Shown here one piece after another: positions 58,818 to 64,000 of a stretch of DNA of 64,000 nt (the stretch's first letter is position 1; each line of letters starts with the position of its first letter). The stretch covers positions 672,001 to 736,000 of the forward strand of contig OZ220696.1 of the NCBI GenBank assembly GCA_965116495.1, in the 5' to 3' direction. Under the pieces are notes generated by a model. That model was given only the letters and a program-made list of their open reading frames with translations, was not told the origin of the DNA and did not search any database. The stretch is from Gammaproteobacteria bacterium (GTDB lineage Bacteria; Pseudomonadota; Gammaproteobacteria; Eutrophobiales; Eutrophobiaceae). The position numbers and the translations under genes were made by a program.

Positions 58818-60143
58818 TCAATTAACGAACGTCTGAATAACCTCAGGCAGGTTTGATACAGACAGGCTGACGGATAACAGCAATCCTGTTGCCAGGACGA
58901 TATTCCGTTTCACGCTGGCCACATGCTCACCCATCACGGCTTTGTTGTTGAGCAGGAAGATCAGCACAAAAAACGCGAGCGGTATAACTATTGTATTTAC
59001 CCCCATCAGTAACAGGTTCTTCGCTAAAGCAGGGAATTCCCAGAATGGCGCAGATACAGCCGGGGCAAGAATAAAGAATACCAGTGCACGTTTGAAGGCC
59101 TTGTTGTCGTCACTGTAGTGCCAGTTACGCCTCATTATATCCAGGCATGCGTAACTGGTGACTTCCACAATCACTATATACGTGGTGATGGCCGCTACCA
59201 ACATGCCAAGGGAAAATATGATCGGTCCCAGAAAACCGATGGCGTCAGGAAACGCCCGTACAAGTATTTTGCTGGCCTCGTTAACGGAATCGATTTCTGC
59301 ATGATTCGCCAGAGGATAAAGTGCAAAGCCCCCGGCGATGATGATAAACAGGGAATACCCGCCATACATAATTCCGAGATTAACGACGGATTTTCTGAAC
59401 TCTTTCTTCAGGTCGGCAGCACCGGCCTGGCTGTCCGCGCTGAGGTACGAGATTCCAAATAAAGCTCCGGGGGCCAGCACGCTACCGATGATAGCGAGCA
59501 TTGAAAGACTGCTGTCACGGCTGATTTCCTGCCCCGGCACCGGCAGGTCGGCAGGGATGCCGGGCACAAATCCTGCCAGGATAGCGCCAATCTCCTGAAA
59601 GCCGCGCAAGGCCACGATCAGGAAACAGATAAACATCACCACCATACAGGCAGTCATCACCCGTTGCATCCGTTCATAGCCTTCCGCGGCAAGCAGCCAG
59701 ATAAGCATGGCTGCAAAACCCAGTGCCAGGACCAGTTCGGCAATACGGTACATGCCGGCGGCGCCCTCAGGCCCACCTGCTTCCGGAGGATAATACCCGA
59801 ACAAGGACAGTGACGCGGATGTCATGATTGACACATGGGCCATTCCGACGAGGAAATGTACCGGGACATGAATCATGATGATCAGCCATGCAACACCCGG
59901 GTGGATGAAGTCACGGATCAATGAAAACATCCCCCGATCCTTGTTCACCAGGCCCAGACGTGCAGCCGAATCCACAGATACCACGAATAATGGCAGGATT
60001 AATACGGCAAGCCAGAGCAGATCATAACGAAACCAGGCGCCGGCAAGTATGAGTGATGAGGTGGAACCGGCGCCCATGGACCCGGCGGTGATGACTGCGG
60101 CCGGCCCGACCATAGCGATGAAGTAAGCGAGTAATTTGCGCAT
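58818..60143 (-). CDS. NRAMP/YcsG-like secondary transporter (paralog 2)
   Basis: 441 aa, collinear with 43488-44813 (shared IIIAGGFALYPLANHAEIDSV). Confidence 0.8.
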   Translation of the reverse strand: MRKLLAYFIAMVGPAAVITAGSMGAGSTSSLILAGAWFRYDLLWLAVLILPLFVVSVDSAARLGLVNKDRGMFSLIRDFIHPGVAWLIIMIHVPVHFLVGMAHVSIMTSASLSLFGYYPPEAGGPEGAAGMYRIAELVLALGFAAMLIWLLAAEGYERMQRVMTACMVVMFICFLIVALRGFQEIGAILAGFVPGIPADLPVPGQEISRDSSLSMLAIIGSVLAPGALFGISYLSADSQAGAADLKKEFRKSVVNLGIMYGGYSLFIIIAGGFALYPLANHAEIDSVNEASKILVRAFPDAIGFLGPIIFSLGMLVAAITTYIVIVEVTSYACLDIMRRNWHYSDDNKAFKRALVFFILAPAVSAPFWEFPALAKNLLLMGVNTIVIPLAFFVLIFLLNNKAVMGEHVASVKRNIVLATGLLLSVSLSVSNLPEVIQTFVN

Positions 60144-60155
60144 ATAATGCTGCGC

Positions 60156-61406
60156 CTAACCTGGTTCCGGGAATCGCGATAGAGAGAATCGAGGATCGGG
60201 TGTACTTCGTTCTAGTACATATTTTGCAACATCCTGGCCGCGAGCCGGCCCGCTGTGGAAGGCGGTCCCTGAACCGCCGCCGTGGATCCAGGCATTTTCC
60301 GCCCCGGGGTGGCGGTCGATGATGTAATCCCCATCCGGTGTATTCGTATACTGACAGACACGCCCTCCGAGGTAAGCAGCTCCTTTCATTCCCGGGAAGC
60401 GGTAGCCAACCTGCTCACGCGCAGCTTCCTTTCCGGCTTCCGATACCTGCCGATCACCGGAGGTCGGTTCGAAACCCGGCCCTAGCCTGTGGTCAGCGAC
60501 CGTGAAGCCCCACTTCCGGTGGGCGGGCACACCCCACCAAATCTCCTGTCCCCAATCGACCCAGTGCGGCAAAAGATCTTTGTGAAACCGCTCGTCGCCC
60601 TCGGGAGCATCCAGGTAATAGACCTCTTGGCGCGTGACGGTAAGGTGTTTCCCGACGGTATCCGGGAACAGCTTGCCCAGCCAGGGGCCGCAGGCAAAAA
60701 CGTAGCGATCCGCCTCGATCCGGGATCCGTCGTCCAGCGTGACTCCCTGCATTTCCCCATTCCTGATCAGGGTAGAGACCACACCGGCCTGCCGGTAGTC
60801 CCCGCCCTCGGACAGGAAGCCGTCGACGACTGCATAACAGGCGCGACGGGCGAACAGGATACCAGCCTCTTTCTCGTAGAATGTTTTCCGGATGCCATCC
60901 ATATTAATTTGAGGAAAGCGTGCATGGGTCTCGTCCGGGGTCAGCTTCTCCCCACCGTCTACGTCTTCATCCATCCAGCGCGTGTAATCTGCTGTTCTAT
61001 CGGACGCTGAATCTCCGATTACCAGGTTTTCGCGAACCATCCACAGGGCGCCGACAGGATCATAGAGTGGAAGCTGCCATTGTTCCTGGTGTTCCAACCA
61101 GAGTTGCATGGAGCGGCGGGACCATTCCTGGTAAACGGCTGGCGTCCCGTAGCCACGGGTCAGGTTGCGGGTCTGGCCGCCGGAGCTTGAACGGGGATTG
61201 CCGGGTCCCCAGGGGTCGACCAGCGTTACGCGCGCGCCCTGGCGAAGCAAATAGAGTGCCGTCCATCCTCCGAAGGCGCCTGCACCGGCAACCAGGACAT
61301 GCGTTTTAGCGCTATCCCGGGAAAAGGCTTGCCGGCCACTGCCGAGACCGATAATGCCCGCGAGTCCTGTCTTCAGGAAGCGGCGTCTGGAACCGGAAAG
61401 GTTCAT
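60156..61406 (-). CDS. Tat-exported FAD amine oxidase/dehydrogenase, sarcosine oxidase/SolA family
   Basis: SRRRFLK twin-arginine; GAGAFG, SSSGGQTR, ACGPW, CQYTNTPDGDYIID. Confidence 0.88.
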   Translation of the reverse strand: MNLSGSRRRFLKTGLAGIIGLGSGRQAFSRDSAKTHVLVAGAGAFGGWTALYLLRQGARVTLVDPWGPGNPRSSSGGQTRNLTRGYGTPAVYQEWSRRSMQLWLEHQEQWQLPLYDPVGALWMVRENLVIGDSASDRTADYTRWMDEDVDGGEKLTPDETHARFPQINMDGIRKTFYEKEAGILFARRACYAVVDGFLSEGGDYRQAGVVSTLIRNGEMQGVTLDDGSRIEADRYVFACGPWLGKLFPDTVGKHLTVTRQEVYYLDAPEGDERFHKDLLPHWVDWGQEIWWGVPAHRKWGFTVADHRLGPGFEPTSGDRQVSEAGKEAAREQVGYRFPGMKGAAYLGGRVCQYTNTPDGDYIIDRHPGAENAWIHGGGSGTAFHSGPARGQDVAKYVLERSTPDPRFSLSRFPEPG

Positions 61407-61855
61407 TTGCAGAAACTGCCCAGCACCACTGCAATTTCTTCAACTGTAGTGATACCTTTCCTGTGGCCCCATGAGTTATAGATGTACGTTGTGAGTTGCG
61501 CGATCTCCAGATTGCTCAGGTGAGGCGCACCCGGCATCGGATCGGTAGACGTGGTGTCATTCATGGCTACTCCCCCTTGCTGGCCATTTTTGATGAGACA
61601 AATCCCCTGTTCAAAGATTGCCTCCATGTGATCGGAATCATTCAAAGGTGGAAATACACTTCCAAGCCCTTGTCCATTGTGTTGATGGCAGTTGGCGCAG
61701 TACATATTGTAGAGCTTCTGACCCTCGACCATATACCGGGAAAACTCGTCGTATTCCCTGCGCGTGCGATCCTGATTTTCAGCCTTTACCGCGCTTCCGG
61801 CCAGGAACAGTACCGCAAATAGAAACAGAACAGGTTTTGGACTTAGTAATGACAT
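61403..61855 (-). CDS. Monoheme class I cytochrome c
   Basis: Signal peptide, CANCH, FPPL, distal Met in PMPG; 4-nt overlap with the oxidase start. Confidence 0.9.
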   Translation of the reverse strand: MSLLSPKPVLFLFAVLFLAGSAVKAENQDRTRREYDEFSRYMVEGQKLYNMYCANCHQHNGQGLGSVFPPLNDSDHMEAIFEQGICLIKNGQQGGVAMNDTTSTDPMPGAPHLSNLEIAQLTTYIYNSWGHRKGITTVEEIAVVLGSFCK

Positions 61856-61988
61856 GTTGCCGCCTCAGCCTGAACCGGCCCTGCAGGTTTGTGTTTTCGG
61901 GTGCTTTTCCAGGAATCAGGCATGTTTATTCAAGTGTCCCCCATATAAACAATGATATAAGGTTTATCCTGGATAAACCAGAAAATCC

Positions 61989-63647
61989 CTATCGGCCAAA
62001 GCGTCGCCAGTAGTCGCTCACAGTCTGCTTCATATCCCGGCGCAGGAGCATGATACCGAACAGGTTGGGTAACGCCATCAGCGCCAGGGTTACGGCGGAG
62101 AACAGCCACACCATCGAGGTGTCGATCACCGCGGCGATAAAGAAGGCCGTACAATAAAACAGGCGGTAGGGCAGTACCCAGCGCAGTCCGAACAGATAGG
62201 TGATGGCGCGGTCGCCGTAATAGGACCAGGCGATGGCAGTGCTGAACGCGAACAGCATCAGGCCCAGGGTGACCGCATACTGGCCGTAATCGCCCATGAA
62301 GCTGCGCTTGAAGGCTTCAACCGTCAACGGAACGGAGTGCAGCAGGGACTTGCCGCGTAACGACACGTCACCGGACAGCGAACCGTCATCGATAACTACA
62401 GTACCGCTGTACGGTGTTCCATTGACGTGGAAAAATACGTCTTCGGCGATGGAGCGGTTGTGCAGGATGGTGATATCAGCATCCGTAAGGCGCCCGTCCA
62501 CCACACGGAAACGGCCGTTTGCCCGGGTGACAGGTTCAGTAGCAGGAGCCCTGGCGTTGAGATAATTGAACAACGCACTCACGTGCGCCGGGTCGGTATC
62601 GGCGTAGACACCGCTGATGAACTGCGTATCAAACGCCTGGAAGTCGTTGTCGAACTTCTCCTTCCACACCCCGGAGGACAGGATTACCAGGCCCGTCAGC
62701 GTGCATATGACCAGAGTGTCGAGAAACGGCTCAAGCAATGAAACCATGCCTTCGGACACCGGTTCATCGCCCCGTGCCGAAGCATGGGCGATGGGCGCGG
62801 AACCCTGTCCGGCCTCGTTTGAGAACAGGCCCCGGGCAACACCCCTGTTGAACGCGTAGGCAAATGTCGCGCCGAGAAAACCGCCGGTGGCGGCAGAATC
62901 GGTGAATGCGCTGCTGAACACGCTAAAAAAAGCAGGGACCACCGCGTCGATATTGGCAATGATGACCGCCATTGCACCGAAGAAATAGAGCAGACCCATA
63001 ACCGGCACAATTGCCGAAGTCACGCGGGCGATACGGCGGATACCGCCCAGTATGACCAGGCCGAGTAAAAAGGCGAAAAACGCACCGCTTACCCAGGTGG
63101 GAATGCCGAAAGAAGTATTCAGTCCGGCAGCCATGTTGTTGCTCTGCGGCATGTTGCCGGAACCCAGCGTACTGAATACGGTGGCGACGGCAAAGAACAC
63201 GGCCAGCCATTTCATGTTCAGGGCGCGTTCCATGTAGTACATCGGTCCGCCGGCCATCTCCCCCTTTTCATCCTTGATGCGGTATTTGTGTGAGATCGTT
63301 ACCTCGACGAACTTTGTCGTCATGCCGACGAAGGCAGTGGCCCACATCCAGAACAGCGCGGCAGGACCACCCAGGTGCAGGGCGAGGGCAACGCCGCCGA
63401 TATTACCCGTGCCTACGGTACCGGACAGTGCAGTGGACAAAGCCTGGAAATGTGAGGTATCGCCCTCGGCGTCATGTCTGGTGTAGCGTCCGGTCAGTGT
63501 GCCCCAGGCGCGTTTGAAATAGCGCACCTGCGGGAAACCCAGGTAGAAGGTAAAGAACACGCCGACGCCGAGCAACAGCCAGGGAAAATACCAGGCAGCG
63601 CCCAGCAGTCCGTCAAGGAATGTCAGGAATTCGTTCGGTCCACTCAT
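61989..63647 (-). CDS. Alanine/glycine:cation symporter (AGCS)
   Basis: [57 protein letters not shown]. Confidence 0.95.
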   Translation of the reverse strand: MSGPNEFLTFLDGLLGAAWYFPWLLLGVGVFFTFYLGFPQVRYFKRAWGTLTGRYTRHDAEGDTSHFQALSTALSGTVGTGNIGGVALALHLGGPAALFWMWATAFVGMTTKFVEVTISHKYRIKDEKGEMAGGPMYYMERALNMKWLAVFFAVATVFSTLGSGNMPQSNNMAAGLNTSFGIPTWVSGAFFAFLLGLVILGGIRRIARVTSAIVPVMGLLYFFGAMAVIIANIDAVVPAFFSVFSSAFTDSAATGGFLGATFAYAFNRGVARGLFSNEAGQGSAPIAHASARGDEPVSEGMVSLLEPFLDTLVICTLTGLVILSSGVWKEKFDNDFQAFDTQFISGVYADTDPAHVSALFNYLNARAPATEPVTRANGRFRVVDGRLTDADITILHNRSIAEDVFFHVNGTPYSGTVVIDDGSLSGDVSLRGKSLLHSVPLTVEAFKRSFMGDYGQYAVTLGLMLFAFSTAIAWSYYGDRAITYLFGLRWVLPYRLFYCTAFFIAAVIDTSMVWLFSAVTLALMALPNLFGIMLLRRDMKQTVSDYWRRFGR

Positions 63648-63692
63648 GATAAATTACATTATATATATTGTATATAATATTGTTATTATTAA

Positions 63693-64000
63693 TTATTCAA
63701 TTTGAAACTTGTATCCGGCCCCGTATACGGAATGAATTATCTCCCGGTGTGGCAGTACCCGCGCAATTTTTTTCCTTAGTTTCTTGATGTGGCTGTCAAT
63801 GGTCCGTTCGCTGACAATTCTGTGATCCGTATAGATTGTATCCATTAACTGCCCGCGCGACCAGACCTTACCCGGTGCGCCGGCAAGAATCCTGAACAGT
63901 TGAAACTCAACCACGGTGGTATCAAGTACCTTATCCCCGATCCTGATGCGGTATTTTCCGGCGTCAATCTCTATACCCTCAGCCGGTAATATGCCGTCCG
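63693..64000 (-). CDS. baeR: OmpR-family response regulator (BaeR-like), C-terminal part; 5' end outside the window
   Basis: VEFQL...PGKVWSRGQLMD.IY.DHRIVSERTIDSHIKKLRKK...SVYGAGY winged helix. Confidence 0.8.
   Translation of the reverse strand, partial: DGILPAEGIEIDAGKYRIRIGDKVLDTTVVEFQLFRILAGAPGKVWSRGQLMDTIYTDHRIVSERTIDSHIKKLRKKIARVLPHREIIHSVYGAGYKFQIE

Noticed and set aside
63648-63700. Very AT-rich tract as an origin or foreign DNA
   Set aside because: About 50 bp only; best explained as the promoter region of the AGCS gene.

Overview
64 kb of bacterial chromosome. Gene style suggests a gammaproteobacterium; a marine or host-associated lifestyle is my inference only. It is a dense catabolic and transport patchwork, with no rRNA, tRNA, CRISPR array or intact transposase/integrase recognised. 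From left to right: a myo-inositol cluster (iolD partial, RpiR regulator, Gfo/Idh/MocA, iolE); exported small enzymes; a (GACCGCA)21 microsatellite upstream of an RTX protein; an orphan antitoxin; a flavin monooxygenase fused to cytochrome b5 beside an RNase Z-fold hydrolase and a P450; an HDAC-family deacetylase; a reductive-dehalogenase-like Fe-S protein; a TRAP transporter with a GlpD-like oxidase; a TonB receptor, PrnB-family heme enzyme and Na+/solute symporter; a decayed Rieske dioxygenase operon; two amidohydrolases; a Mo-bisPGD enzyme; SpdH/SpuC-like polyamine enzymes; a 43.5-60.1 kb block bracketed by two paralogous NRAMP-like transporters; and a Tat-exported flavin amine oxidase coupled to a cytochrome c gene. 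The best candidate for an undescribed system is the 46-59 kb block. Three promoters there share a tandem XylS-type box (TGC-N7-GG[A/C]T[A/G], 20-bp period) at a near-fixed distance from a -10 hexamer. This ties an AraC activator to a TonB receptor, a SnoaL protein plus fused hydantoinase/oxoprolinase A+B, and a xanthine-dehydrogenase-family Mo hydroxylase plus MoaD. I read it as an N-heterocycle oxidation and lactam-opening regulon (inference). About ten gene remnants joined at deletion scars indicate ongoing gene erosion. All family calls come from motif recognition by eye; no database searches were run.
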